Below the pieces are notes generated by a model that did not search any database, was not told the DNA's origin, and saw nothing but the letters and a program-made list of their open reading frames with translations. A stretch of 61,534 nucleotides of DNA, counting the filler, from Actinomycetales bacterium (GTDB lineage Bacteria; Actinomycetota; Actinomycetes; Actinomycetales; CAVURS01): the NCBI GenBank assembly GCA_045807245.1. It is 5 parts of 5 records of this genome, joined end to end, with 100 filler letters (N's around TTAATTAATTAA, not from the genome) between each part and the next. Parts side by side here need not be neighbours in the genome. Positions count along the whole stretch, not along the records: positions 25,839 to 40,231 come from JBJMHS010000021.1; 4 more parts are not named here. One strand, given 5' to 3'. Of this stretch, positions 27,491-37,822 are shown piece after piece. Each line of letters opens with the position of its first letter. Position 1 is the stretch's first letter. A program made the translations under genes and the position numbers.

Positions 27491-29650
27491 CTATCCGGTC
27501 GCGGCCGCGCGGGCCAGCTCTCGGGCCCGGCGGGACCGGATCAGGTCGTCGAGCAGCACCGGTCGTCCGTCCCCGTCGGCGAGCGGCAGCTGCCAGTTGG
27601 GGTACTCCTTGTCGGTGCCCGGCTGGTTGATCGTGCGGACCTCTCCCACCGCGTCCGGCAGCGCCACCCCGATCAGCCGGGCCGGCGTCCAGGCGATGAG
27701 CCGGTGCAGTGCCTCGATCGTCGCCCGCGCTCCCGCGTCGTCGCGCAGCAGCCCGCGCCGACGCAGCAGGGCGACCATCGCCTGGCGGTCGCGTGCGTCC
27801 TCAGCGCGCTCCTCCTCCACCGGCCGGGTCAGGAGGCCGAGCTCGTCGCGCAGCCGGATGTGTTCTCCCGCAAGGTAACCCGCGGTCGGCGGTAGGTCAT
27901 GCGTGGTCACGGTCGCCAGGCACAGCTCACGCCAACGCTCCGGCTCCAGCGGCGCTCCCTGGTCGTCCTTCTCGAACCACAGGATCGACGTACCGAAGAT
28001 GCCTCGCTCGCGCAGATGGTCCCTGACCCACGGCTCCACGGTGCCCAGGTCCTCACCGATCACGACCGCACCCGCCCGCTCCGCCTCCAGCGCGAGGATG
28101 CCGACCAGGGCCTCGTGGTCGTAGCGCACGTACGTGCCCTCGTCCGCGGGCCGCCCCTCCGGCACCCACCACTGCCGGAACAGGCCGATCACGTGGTCGA
28201 CCCGCACGCCGCCCGCGTGCCGCAGGACGGTGCGCAGCATGTCGCGGTACGGCGCGTACGCCAGCTCCTGCAAGCGGTCGGGCCGCAGCGGGGGCTGGCT
28301 CCAGTTCTGGCCCTGCTGGTTGAAGGAGTCCGGCGGGGCGCCGACGTGGACGCCTTGGGCCAGTGCGTCGGTCAGGCTCCACGCGTCCGCGCCGCGCGGA
28401 TGCACCCCGACCGGGATGTCCTGGATGAGCCCGAGCCCCATGCCGGACCGGCGGGCCGCGCGCTGCGCCGCGGCGATCTGCTCGTCCGCCACCCATTGCA
28501 GCCAGCAGTGGAAGTCGACCCGCTCCGCCAGGCGCCGACGCTCGGCCTCGACCTCCGCCGATCGCGGATCCCCCAGTCCCGCGGGCCATTCGGCCGCCGG
28601 CAGACCGTGCGCTTCGGCCAGGGCGCACCAGGTCGCGAAGTCGACCAGGCCGGGGCCCATGTCGCGCCGGAAGTCGTTGTACGCCCGCTGGCGGGCCGGC
28701 GACCGTGGCAGCCGATGCACGATCTCCAGCGCTGCCGACTTCAGCTCCCAGACCCGGTCGCGGTCGATCCGGTCCGAGGCGTTCGCGAGATGGGCGTCGT
28801 CGCCGTGCCACTCCAGCAGCTGCCGCTCGGCCGACGGCATGTAGGCGACCTCTCGGATGTCCTCGACCCGGATGTACACCGGGTTGACGAAGCGTCGGGT
28901 CGAGGGCAGGTACGGCGACGCCTCCATGGGCGGGACGGGCTCGGCCGCGTTGAGCGGGTTGACCAGCACGAAGTCGGCACCGAGATCGGCCCCGCTCCAG
29001 ACGGCGAGCTCGGACAGGTCGGCCAGGTCGCCGATGCCCCATGACTGCTGCGAGCGCACCGAGTACAGCTGGGTCATGAAGCCCCACGCTCGACGCTCGC
29101 TCAGTGTCGCGGGCAGCTCCAGTGAGTCGGGCGTGACGACCAGCGGTGCGGTGCCCACACCGCCGGGCGTCTCGGCCCGCAGGAGGTGCCAGCCCGACGG
29201 CAGCGCGGTGGACAGCTCGAAGGTCGCCTCGCCGACGACCCGGCCGTCGATGGTGCGGGGCGGCACCCAGGCCTCGACCTGGCGTGCGTCGATCCGGCTG
29301 CCGTCCTCCATGTCGGCCCAGACCTGGACCGGGTCGCCGTCGTCGACATGGACCTTGACCTGGACCGGCGCGCCGCCGCGGCACACGACCACGGGTGGGA
29401 GCAGCCGGCGCCAGGGCCGGTCGCGGAGCTCGGCCAGGGCCACCGCGACCTGGTGGTCGTCGGCCGCAGCCACGTCGAACGCCGCCAGCACGGCCCGAAT
29501 GGTGCCGGCCGGGACGAGCACGTGGCGGCCGCGCCAGTCCCAGTACTCAGTGGAGACGCCGTACGCACGAGCCAGCTCGGTGAGCGCCGGCGAGGGCGGC
29601 GAGGCGTCGAACTCCGCAGGGACCGAGTCCACGGCGTCGTCACCGCTCAT
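27491..29650 (-). CDS. malQ: 4-alpha-glucanotransferase (GH77)
   Basis: QLYSVRS..SWGIGDLADL, SPYLPSTR, VGAPPD.FNQQGQNW, RVDHVIG, GEDLG, THDLP. Confidence 0.96.
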   Translation of the reverse strand: MSGDDAVDSVPAEFDASPPSPALTELARAYGVSTEYWDWRGRHVLVPAGTIRAVLAAFDVAAADDHQVAVALAELRDRPWRRLLPPVVVCRGGAPVQVKVHVDDGDPVQVWADMEDGSRIDARQVEAWVPPRTIDGRVVGEATFELSTALPSGWHLLRAETPGGVGTAPLVVTPDSLELPATLSERRAWGFMTQLYSVRSQQSWGIGDLADLSELAVWSGADLGADFVLVNPLNAAEPVPPMEASPYLPSTRRFVNPVYIRVEDIREVAYMPSAERQLLEWHGDDAHLANASDRIDRDRVWELKSAALEIVHRLPRSPARQRAYNDFRRDMGPGLVDFATWCALAEAHGLPAAEWPAGLGDPRSAEVEAERRRLAERVDFHCWLQWVADEQIAAAQRAARRSGMGLGLIQDIPVGVHPRGADAWSLTDALAQGVHVGAPPDSFNQQGQNWSQPPLRPDRLQELAYAPYRDMLRTVLRHAGGVRVDHVIGLFRQWWVPEGRPADEGTYVRYDHEALVGILALEAERAGAVVIGEDLGTVEPWVRDHLRERGIFGTSILWFEKDDQGAPLEPERWRELCLATVTTHDLPPTAGYLAGEHIRLRDELGLLTRPVEEERAEDARDRQAMVALLRRRGLLRDDAGARATIEALHRLIAWTPARLIGVALPDAVGEVRTINQPGTDKEYPNWQLPLADGDGRPVLLDDLIRSRRARELARAAATG

Positions 29651-31104
29651 GTCGACGGCCCATGCTGCCAGGCGGTCGCACGCCGGCTCCGCCACGGTGC
29701 CGCGGACTCCACCTGCGCGGCCAGCGACAGCAGCGCCGCCTCTCCCGCGGGGCGGCCGGCCAGCATGACACCGACCGGCAGGCCCTCGGGCGCACCGTCG
29801 AGCGGCTCGGTGTGGTGCAGCGGCAGGCTCACCGCCGGCATGCCGGTGACGTTCCAGAGTGCGGTGAACGGCGTGAACCGCTTCTGCGCCTCGAAGTCGG
29901 CGAACGGGTCGTCGTCGTTGCGGAGAGCGCCCACTGCAGCCGGCAGGTCGGCCAGCGTCGGTGTGAGCACCGCGTCGTACGGCGCCAGTGCGGACACCGC
30001 GGCCCGGGTGACGGCCTGCATCGCACCGATGGCCTGCGCGAACGTCGTACCCGAGATGGGAGCGCCGCGCCCGCGCAGGTACCGAGTCAGCGGACGCAAC
30101 GTCTCCTCATTTCCGTCCGGCACCGGCGTGAGCGTCGCGAGCACGCTCCACACGACCTCGAACGACGGAACGACGTCGGGCGGGATCGGCGCCTCGACGT
30201 CGACGACCTCATGACCCAGAGTCTCGAGCAGTCGCGACGCGCCCTCGTAGGCCACGACGCACTGCGGATGCAGCTCGGTGGCACCGACGACCGGCGTGCG
30301 GAACCGGGCGATGCGCAGCCGGCCCGGGTCCCGGCGCGCGTGCTCGGCGAACGTCTCGCCCGTCGGCAGGGGCGGTGCCCAGTGCGGGTCGCCGAGCTCC
30401 GGCCCGGCCATGACGTCGAGCAACGCTGCTGCATCCGCGACGGTCCAGGCGATCGGCCCGATGACGCCGAGACCCGGACCCACGTCACCGAACAGCGGCC
30501 CGCTGCTCACCCGGCCGCGGCTCGGCTTGAGACCGAACAGGCCGCAGCAGCTGGCCGGGATGCGGATCGAACCTCCGCCGTCACTGCCCTGCGCCAACGG
30601 AGCCAGTCCCCCGGCGACCGCGGCGGCCGCGCCGCCACTCGAGCCACCAGCGCCGCGGGACAGGTCCCACGGGGTACGCGCCGGCGGGCCGATCGCCGTC
30701 TCGGTGTAGCAGGGCAAGCCGAACTCTGGGGTGCTGGTCTTGCCGAGGCAGATCGTGCCGGCGGCCTTCATGCGGCGTACGACGTGGTCGTCGACCGGCG
30801 CGATCGTGCCGGCGTACGCCGCGCTGCCGTAGCTGACCGGTACGCCGGCGACGTGGTTCAGGTCCTTCACCGGGACGGGCACCCCCGCGAGGGGCGACGC
30901 GAGGGCACCGTCCCGAGCGAGTGCCTCCTGCTCCTTGGCCTGGCTGAGTGCGAGGTCCGCTGTCACCGTGACGAACGCGCCGAGCCGTGAGTCGTAGGAA
31001 GAGATGCGGTCCAGGAAGTGCTCGGTCACCTCGACCGGGGAGACGTCCCCGGAGGCCACCGCGCGGCCGAGCTCCACTGCGGTCAGCTCGTGCAGCTCGG
31101 TCAC
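29647..31104 (-). CDS. Amidase signature family protein
   Basis: PVKDL, GGSSGG, GSDGGGSIRIPAS. Confidence 0.95.
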   Translation of the reverse strand: MTELHELTAVELGRAVASGDVSPVEVTEHFLDRISSYDSRLGAFVTVTADLALSQAKEQEALARDGALASPLAGVPVPVKDLNHVAGVPVSYGSAAYAGTIAPVDDHVVRRMKAAGTICLGKTSTPEFGLPCYTETAIGPPARTPWDLSRGAGGSSGGAAAAVAGGLAPLAQGSDGGGSIRIPASCCGLFGLKPSRGRVSSGPLFGDVGPGLGVIGPIAWTVADAAALLDVMAGPELGDPHWAPPLPTGETFAEHARRDPGRLRIARFRTPVVGATELHPQCVVAYEGASRLLETLGHEVVDVEAPIPPDVVPSFEVVWSVLATLTPVPDGNEETLRPLTRYLRGRGAPISGTTFAQAIGAMQAVTRAAVSALAPYDAVLTPTLADLPAAVGALRNDDDPFADFEAQKRFTPFTALWNVTGMPAVSLPLHHTEPLDGAPEGLPVGVMLAGRPAGEAALLSLAAQVESAAPWRSRRATAWQHGPST

Positions 31105-31721
31105 TGGTCGACCCTAGCCACGGTGGTCAGGTGGCGCCGTGCGGAGTCACTCGGCGCGGCCGCGGCAAGGGCAGTGAACGCTGACGTCCGCAGGACCCGC
31201 AGTCCCTCGGTGTCGTCGTACGCATGGGAACCGTCGGCCTCGATGTCGGCCAGGCGCTCGGTCTCGGCGCTCAGGTACAGCACGTAGTCCGACCGCGCCC
31301 GCCTCAGCGCGCCGTGGACGGCCAGGACGCGTACGTCCGCGCAGCTGCGGGCGGCTGACTCGACGTCCGGCCGGCCAACCGCGGCCTCGTGCGCGATGAG
31401 TGGGTAGAGCTGGCGATCGGGCGCCTCGAAGACGGCCAGGCTCGGCCGCACGTACGACGCCATGGCGGCGACGCGGCGCTCGGCGGCGGCCCGCGCCGCC
31501 TCCGCCTGCGACGCGCACCCGGCCAGCTGGTCGAACTCCTGGTCTCGTCGACGCCCGTCGGCGTACCAGCCGGCAGCGCCGATCACGACCACCGCCGCGA
31601 CCACGGCCGCGAGCATTCCTCGGCCCCGCCGACCCAGCCGGCGGGGCTCCGCCGCGACGACGTCCGGGCCGTCACCGGGGCGGTCCAGGTCCGTGGTCCA
31701 CGCGGCCGGATCGGTTGACAC
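31101..31721 (-). CDS. Hypothetical membrane-anchored protein
   Basis: Single TM (LAAVVAAVVVIGAAGWY) followed by a helical region; coupled to the amidase gene. Confidence 0.6.
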   Translation of the reverse strand: MSTDPAAWTTDLDRPGDGPDVVAAEPRRLGRRGRGMLAAVVAAVVVIGAAGWYADGRRRDQEFDQLAGCASQAEAARAAAERRVAAMASYVRPSLAVFEAPDRQLYPLIAHEAAVGRPDVESAARSCADVRVLAVHGALRRARSDYVLYLSAETERLADIEADGSHAYDDTEGLRVLRTSAFTALAAAAPSDSARRHLTTVARVDQ

Positions 31722-31822
31722 ACCAGCATCTTCGCAGCCACCCGGGTGCCGGGATGCCCTGTCGTACGATGACTCGCACTGGCCGGACCGGCCGCGCCGA
31801 GAACTGCCGAGCGAGGAGCACG

Positions 31823-32044
31823 ATGCGCAAGGAGCCGCTGACCGCCGAGGAGGTCAAACGGCTGCAGCGGCGATGGGGTCTGTACACGCTCGGCTGCCTG
31901 ACGGTCGCGTTCCTGGCGCTCATGGTCTCCACGGCGCAGGGGTACTACACGTTCGCAACAGTCGTGTGCCTCGGCGGTGGCTTGGCCGGTGCGGCCTACT
32001 GCACATGGCAAGGCCTCAAGAAGGCCAGCCGCTTCCGCATCTAG
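31823..32044 (+). CDS. Small 2-TM membrane protein
   Basis: GAGGAG RBS; MRKEPLT...two hydrophobic segments. Confidence 0.65.
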   Translation: MRKEPLTAEEVKRLQRRWGLYTLGCLTVAFLALMVSTAQGYYTFATVVCLGGGLAGAAYCTWQGLKKASRFRI

Positions 32045-32072
32045 CCGCACGTCATCTTCTCCCGGCAGGCCA

Positions 32073-32107
32073 GCGCGCGCCGGGGGTAGATCCCGCCCGG
32101 CGCGCGC
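32073..32107. terminator. GC hairpin between convergent genes
   Basis: gcgcgcgccggg / cccggcgcgcgc 12-bp stem. Confidence 0.65.
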
Positions 32108-32123
32108 CGACGCTCTTGCCCTG

Positions 32124-33041
32124 TTATCCCTTGACCGAGCCCGCGGTCAGACCACGGACGAAGAACCGCTGCAGTGCGAGGAACACGATGATCGGCAAGA
32201 TCATCGTGATGATCCCGCCCGCGGTGACCAGGTTCCAGTTCTGCCCTTGGGTCCCGAGCAGGGTCGTGGTCGCCACCGTGATCGGCTCGTTCTCACCCGG
32301 TCCGATGAACACCAGCGCGACGAGCAGGTCGTTCCAGACCCAGAGGAACTGGAAGATCGCGAACGACGCCAGCACCGGGACCGACATCGGCAGGACGAGC
32401 CGGTAGAAGGTCGCGTAGTGGCTGGCCCCGTCGACCTTGGCCGACTCCACCACCGACTTCGGCAGCGTCGCCATGTAGTTGCGCAACAGATAGATGGCCA
32501 ACGACATGCCGAAACCTATGTGCGCCAGCCACACCGACGGGAACTTGCCCGCCAGGTGCAGCTGTCCGTAGATCTTGAGCAGCGGCACCATCGCGACGAA
32601 GTTCGGTACGACGAGCAGGCTCACGATCACGACGAACAGGACGTCCTTGCCGGGGAAGTCCATGAACGTGAACGCGTACGCCGCGAAGGCCGCGATCAGG
32701 ATCGGGATGAACGTCGCCGGCAGGGCGATGGCCAAGCTGTTGATGAAGCCGCGGCCGAGGTTGGCGCCCTTGATCGCGTCGGTGTAGTTGCCGAAGGTGA
32801 GGTCCTTCAGCGTCGACGGGTGGGTGACGATCGACCACCAGCCTGACGTGTTCGCGTCGCTGTCCGTGCGGAAGGAGGTGATCAGGACGCCCAGAGTCGG
32901 GACGATCCACAGGATGCTGATGACCGCGATGACCGTCTTGACGACCCAGTTGGCGCCGCCCGGCTCGACGCTCTTGCGCTTGCGCGCCTTGCTGGGGAGC
33001 TGGCTCTCCGATGCGAGCGGAGGCGTGGCGGTGCTGGTCAT
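32124..33041 (-). CDS. Alpha-glucoside-type ABC permease (AglG-like)
   Basis: ESAKVDGA, FAIFQFLWVWNDLL, LQRFFVRGL.AGSVKG. Confidence 0.9.
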   Translation of the reverse strand: MTSTATPPLASESQLPSKARKRKSVEPGGANWVVKTVIAVISILWIVPTLGVLITSFRTDSDANTSGWWSIVTHPSTLKDLTFGNYTDAIKGANLGRGFINSLAIALPATFIPILIAAFAAYAFTFMDFPGKDVLFVVIVSLLVVPNFVAMVPLLKIYGQLHLAGKFPSVWLAHIGFGMSLAIYLLRNYMATLPKSVVESAKVDGASHYATFYRLVLPMSVPVLASFAIFQFLWVWNDLLVALVFIGPGENEPITVATTTLLGTQGQNWNLVTAGGIITMILPIIVFLALQRFFVRGLTAGSVKG

Positions 33042-34027
33042 CGTGCCTCCTCCAGAGCTCGGAACTGCTTGACCTGGTAGATCATGATCGGGATCACGGC
33101 GATCATCAGCATCACGACGATGGCGGCCGCGTACCCGTTGTTGAAGTTGGTGAACAGCTGGTTGAAGAACTCCGTCGCCAGCACGTTGGTATTGAAGTTG
33201 CCGTTCGTCATGACGTAGACGATGTCGAACAGCTTCATCACTCCGATGGCCACCGTGACGTACACGGTGATCACCGTGGCCATGATCTGCGGCACGACGA
33301 CCCGGCGGAAGATCTGACGCTCGTTGGCGCCGTCGATGCGGGCCGCCTCGAGCGTGTCGTCAGGCACCGACTTGATGGCAGCGGAGAGCAGCACCATCGA
33401 GAACCCGACCTGCGACCACAAGAACATGACGATCAGCAGGAACGTGTTGACGTGGAAGGTGCTCTTCTCCAGCCAGGGCACCGGATCGGCGCCCAGCTTG
33501 GTGATGATGGCGTTCTGCAGACCGATCTGCGGCTGCCCGGGCGGGTTGCTGGCGTAGATGAACTTCCACACCGTCGACGCGCCCACGGCACTGATGGCCA
33601 TGGGCAGGAAGATGACGGTCTTCGACAGCTTCTCCGGTGTCGGCCTCAGGCGGTCGACGAGTACGGCGACCGCAAGGCCCAGCACCACGGCCGCGATGGG
33701 CGCCACCGCGATCCAGATGAGCGTGTTGAACAGCGTCTGTTGGAACCCGTGGGACTTCAGCAGTCCGGAGTAGTTCTTGAACCCGACCAGCTTGGTGCTG
33801 TCGGAGTTCGCGAAGCTGTAGAGGACCGTCTGGAGCGCCGGGTAGAGCAGGTAGAGCGAGATCGCTGCGAACGCCGGGAGGATGTAGACGTACGGCTTGA
33901 TCCGGTCCTCCCACCGATCGGGCAGGAGCTCGGCCAGCTTGTTCAGAAGCCAAAAGACCGCCAGCGCGACGCCGACGCCGGCCACAACGGTCAGGAGCGC
34001 GTTGATCGCCTTGATTACCACAGGCAC
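33038..34027 (-). CDS. Alpha-glucoside-type ABC permease (AglF-like)
   Basis: FLPMAIS.VGA, GFSMVLLSAAIK, EAARIDGA, FDIVYVMTNG. Confidence 0.9.
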   Translation of the reverse strand: MPVVIKAINALLTVVAGVGVALAVFWLLNKLAELLPDRWEDRIKPYVYILPAFAAISLYLLYPALQTVLYSFANSDSTKLVGFKNYSGLLKSHGFQQTLFNTLIWIAVAPIAAVVLGLAVAVLVDRLRPTPEKLSKTVIFLPMAISAVGASTVWKFIYASNPPGQPQIGLQNAIITKLGADPVPWLEKSTFHVNTFLLIVMFLWSQVGFSMVLLSAAIKSVPDDTLEAARIDGANERQIFRRVVVPQIMATVITVYVTVAIGVMKLFDIVYVMTNGNFNTNVLATEFFNQLFTNFNNGYAAAIVVMLMIAVIPIMIYQVKQFRALEEAR

Positions 34028-34079
34028 CGCCTTCCTCCCGGCGTCACCGCCGGACGTACGACGTGGCGGACCGGCCGCC

Positions 34080-34122
34080 AGGGTGCGTGGCCCGAGGTCG
34101 AAGACCCCTCACCACGCACCCT
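34080..34122 (-). terminator. Intercistronic hairpin after the binding-protein gene
   Basis: agggtgcgtgg / ccacgcaccct. Confidence 0.55.
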
Positions 34123-34137
34123 AGCCGCCCTAGGACA

Positions 34138-35457
34138 TCAGCTGGCAGGCCAACTGCCGTCGATGTTCTTCAACGCCGAATCCAGCGACTCCTGGCCACT
34201 GATCCACGACGTCATGTCCTTCCAGAACGTGCCCGCACCCACGGCGCCCGGCATGGAGTCCGAACCGTCGAAACGGAACGCCGTGGACTCGGTGACGAAC
34301 TTGGCGACCTGCTGCGCGATGGCGCCCTTGTACTTCGACGGGTCGAAGTCCTTGTGCGGCGACAGGAAGCTGGAACCGTTGGTGACCGCCGTGTCTCCGA
34401 CGTTGGTCTGGGCCAGCAGCTTCATCGCGGCATCGCCGGCAGCCGTGTTCTTGAGCAGCACGGCCATGTCGCCACCACCGAGCATGGGCTTGTCAGTGCC
34501 GTTGGCGGACGGGAAGTAGAACACGCCCACCTGGTTGTCCAGGTCCGCCTGCACAGCCTTCGGGAAGAAGGCAGTGATGAAGCTGCCCTGCTTGTACATC
34601 CAGCAGCCCGGCTTCGAGTCGAACATCGGGTTGCCCGCCGTCTGGAACGAGTTGCTGGCGATGGACTTGCGGCCACCCAGCACGTTGCCCGACGTGAACA
34701 GCAGCTTCTGGAACTCGGCAGCAGCCTGACGCACGAGCGGGGAGTCGAACTTCACCTTGTGCGCGACCCAGTCGTCGTAGCCCTGAGTACCGCCGTAGCG
34801 GAGCACCAGGTCCTCGAACCAGTCAGTCGCCGGCCAGCCGGTCGCCGCGTCCGAACCGATACCCATGCACCACGGCGTCTTGCCCTGGCTCTTGATCTGG
34901 TCGGTGAGCGCGTTCAGCTCGTCGATCGTCGTGGGGACCTTGTAGCCCGCCGCGTCCCAGGCCTTCTTCGGGTAGAACACGAAGCTCTTCGCGTTCGCGC
35001 TCACCAGCAGGCCGTAGAGCTTGCCGTTGACGGTGCCGGAGTCCAGGGTGCCCGGGACGTAGCTCGACTTGAGCGCGTTCATGTCCAGGATGGAGTCCAG
35101 AGCCGTGGCCTTGTTCCGCTTGACGATGTCGTTGACGACACCGGGCTGCGGGATCCAGGCGATGTCAGGGACGTCGTTGGCCTGGATCTTGGTGATGATG
35201 AGCTGGTTGATGTTGGTGACCTTGGACCACGCGATGGTGAAGCCCTGAGCCTTCGCCTCGGGGTCCACGACCGCCTTGATCCCGTCCAGGATGGGCTGGT
35301 CGACGCTCACCCAGATCTTGACGGTCGCGCCCTTGACGCTCCCGGACGCCTTCCCGCTGTCACCACCACCGGATGAGCCGGAGCTCAAACAAGCCGAAGT
35401 CAGCAGGGCGACGGCACTGACCGCCACTACTGACTTGATCAGGGTGGACCCTCGCAT
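34138..35457 (-). CDS. Alpha-glucoside-type ABC substrate-binding lipoprotein (AglE-like)
   Basis: Lipobox TSAC; PDIAWIPQPG; PWC.GIGS..ATGWPATDW.ED; FRFDGSD.MP; AAGGAG RBS. Confidence 0.9.
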   Translation of the reverse strand: MRGSTLIKSVVAVSAVALLTSACLSSGSSGGGDSGKASGSVKGATVKIWVSVDQPILDGIKAVVDPEAKAQGFTIAWSKVTNINQLIITKIQANDVPDIAWIPQPGVVNDIVKRNKATALDSILDMNALKSSYVPGTLDSGTVNGKLYGLLVSANAKSFVFYPKKAWDAAGYKVPTTIDELNALTDQIKSQGKTPWCMGIGSDAATGWPATDWFEDLVLRYGGTQGYDDWVAHKVKFDSPLVRQAAAEFQKLLFTSGNVLGGRKSIASNSFQTAGNPMFDSKPGCWMYKQGSFITAFFPKAVQADLDNQVGVFYFPSANGTDKPMLGGGDMAVLLKNTAAGDAAMKLLAQTNVGDTAVTNGSSFLSPHKDFDPSKYKGAIAQQVAKFVTESTAFRFDGSDSMPGAVGAGTFWKDMTSWISGQESLDSALKNIDGSWPAS

Positions 35458-35541
35458 CGATGGCTCCTTTGTTGTTTCGGGCAGGTCGACAGCACATGTC
35501 GCGCCGTGAACGTGCTCCAACTCGGATGAGCGGGAGCCTCG

Positions 35542-35555
35542 TGCAAACCCTTGCA
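35542..35555. promoter_or_regulatory. LacI-type operator upstream of the ABC operon
   Basis: TGCAAACCCTTGCA, 14-bp palindrome. Confidence 0.6.
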
Positions 35556-35677
35556 TCTGTCAACAGTCGTTACGTCCCTGTTACGTCGGTTGTCTGGGCA
35601 GCGTCAGCCTGCGTTCACCCTCGCGCCCGCCGTGGCGCGAACGCACCGACGAGCACGGCGGCCATAGGGTTGCCGCC

Positions 35678-37822
35678 ATGAGTGCCGCCCCGGACAACGG
35701 CGACTTCACCTACCCCGAGGCGGCTCGGCTCGACCTGGTCGAGCAGCTCCCCGCCGGCGCTCCGGCGTACGCCGTCGCCGACCCCTACCGCTGGCTGGAG
35801 GATGCAGCCTCGGACCAGATCGTCGGGTGGAGCCGGGCCCAGGACGAGCTGTTCGCCCAGGTGAGTACGACGTGGACCGGGCGGCCACATCTGCGGTCCC
35901 GCGTCGCCGAGCTGCTGCGGGCCGGAGTCGTATCGGCCCCAACGTGGCGGGGGCAGCAGCAGTTCTTCCTGCGCCGCCTGCCCGACGAGGAGCACGCCGT
36001 ACTGCTGACGGTCGACCCGGACGGTGGCGAGCGGGTGCTGGTCGACCCGATGTCGGTGGACCCGAGCGGCGCGACGACGCTCGACGCATGGCAGCCGAGC
36101 AAGGAGGGCTCCCTGCTGGCCTACCAGCTGTCCGAGGGCGGTCGCGAGGAGTCGGTGCTCCGGGTGATGGACGTGTCCACCGGGCAGATCGTGGATGGGC
36201 CGATCGACCGGGCGCGCTACTCCCCTGTCGCGTGGCTGGTCGGTGGTCAGGCCTTTTTCTACGTCCGCCGGCTGGCGCCGGAGCTGTTGCCGGAGGACGA
36301 GCGACAGTTCCATCGCCGGATCTGGCTGCACCGCATCGGCACCGACCCGGAGCGCGACGTGCTCGTCTTCGGCGACGGCCTCGATATGACCAACTACTAC
36401 GGCGTGCACTGCTCCTGGGACGGCCGATGGTTGTCGGTGACCGCATCGGCCGGGACGGCCCCGAGGACCGAGGCGTGGCTGGCCGACCTGGAGGCGACCG
36501 GGCCGGAGCAGCCCGAGTTCGTGGTCGTCCAGTCCGGTGTGGACGCGCAGACGTCGTTGTTCGTCAGCCGCGACGGCCGGGCGTACGTCTCGACGGACCG
36601 TGACGCGCCCCGCGGTCGGCTGGCCGTGGTCGACCCGACGGACCCGGCGGTGGAGAACTGGGTCGACCTGTTGCCCGAGGACCCGGAGGCGGTGCTCGAG
36701 GACTTCGCCATCCTGGACGGGCCAGAGCTCGACGGGGCCGGCGTCCTGCTCGCGGCGTGGACCCGGCACGCCGTCAGCGAGGTCACGGTGCACGACTTGG
36801 AGACCGGCGAACGACGCGGCTCCGTCGAGCTGCCCGGGGTCGGGACGATCGGTGGGCTGGGCGAGCGGGCGGAGGGTGGACACGAGTGCTGGTTCGGCTA
36901 CACCGACTCCGGCACGCCCAGCAGTGTCCTGCACTACGACGCCCGGTCCGGCGCGCTCGGCCTGTGGGCCACGGCCCCGGGGACCGTGGACGTCCCCGAG
37001 GTGACCAGCCAGCTGGTCGAGTACCCGTCCAAGGACGGGACGACCGTGCGGATGCTCGTGATCGCGCCTGCGCTGGCACCGGCGGCGCCCGCGCCGACGG
37101 TCCTCTACGGGTACGGCGGGTTCGGCATCCCGATCGGGCCGGGCTACTCCGCCGGGGTCCTGGCTTGGGTCGAAGCCGGCGGCGTGTACGCCATGGCGCA
37201 GCTGCGGGGCGGCGGCGAGGAGGGCGAGGACTGGCACCGCGCCGGGATGATGGCGCACAAGCAGAACGTGTTCGACGACTTCCACGCGGCGGCCGAGCAT
37301 CTCGTGGCGACCGGCTGGACCACGCCCGAGCAGCTGGCCATCTCGGGCGGCTCGAACGGTGGCCTGCTCGTCGGGGCGGCGCTGACCCAGCGGCCGGAGC
37401 TGTACCGCGCTGTGGTGTGTTCCGCGCCGTTGCTCGACATGGTCCGGTACGAGCTGTTCGGCCTCGGTGCGACCTGGGCCGAGGAGTACGGCACGGCGTC
37501 CGACCCCGAGCAGCTCGGCTGGTTGCTCGGCTACTCGCCGTACCACCACGTGACGGAGGACACGCCGTACCCCGCCGTCCTGCTCACCGTCTTCGACGGT
37601 GACACGCGCGTCGACACCATGCATGCCCGCAAGTTCGTTGCCGCACTGCAACATTCGTCGGCGTCCGACCCGGCCACCCATCCGGTCCTGCTGCGGTTGG
37701 AGAAGGACGTCGGCCACGGCGGGCGAGCCGTCTCACGCAGCGTCGAGCTGTCAGCGGACACGCTCGCGTTCATGGCGCATCACCTGGGACTGCTGCTGCC
37801 GAACCAGGCGACGGAGCGATGA
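35678..37822 (+). CDS. Prolyl oligopeptidase (S9A)
   Basis: DPYRWLED, LYGYGGF, GGSNGG, DTRVD, DVGHG. Confidence 0.95.
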   Translation: MSAAPDNGDFTYPEAARLDLVEQLPAGAPAYAVADPYRWLEDAASDQIVGWSRAQDELFAQVSTTWTGRPHLRSRVAELLRAGVVSAPTWRGQQQFFLRRLPDEEHAVLLTVDPDGGERVLVDPMSVDPSGATTLDAWQPSKEGSLLAYQLSEGGREESVLRVMDVSTGQIVDGPIDRARYSPVAWLVGGQAFFYVRRLAPELLPEDERQFHRRIWLHRIGTDPERDVLVFGDGLDMTNYYGVHCSWDGRWLSVTASAGTAPRTEAWLADLEATGPEQPEFVVVQSGVDAQTSLFVSRDGRAYVSTDRDAPRGRLAVVDPTDPAVENWVDLLPEDPEAVLEDFAILDGPELDGAGVLLAAWTRHAVSEVTVHDLETGERRGSVELPGVGTIGGLGERAEGGHECWFGYTDSGTPSSVLHYDARSGALGLWATAPGTVDVPEVTSQLVEYPSKDGTTVRMLVIAPALAPAAPAPTVLYGYGGFGIPIGPGYSAGVLAWVEAGGVYAMAQLRGGGEEGEDWHRAGMMAHKQNVFDDFHAAAEHLVATGWTTPEQLAISGGSNGGLLVGAALTQRPELYRAVVCSAPLLDMVRYELFGLGATWAEEYGTASDPEQLGWLLGYSPYHHVTEDTPYPAVLLTVFDGDTRVDTMHARKFVAALQHSSASDPATHPVLLRLEKDVGHGGRAVSRSVELSADTLAFMAHHLGLLLPNQATER

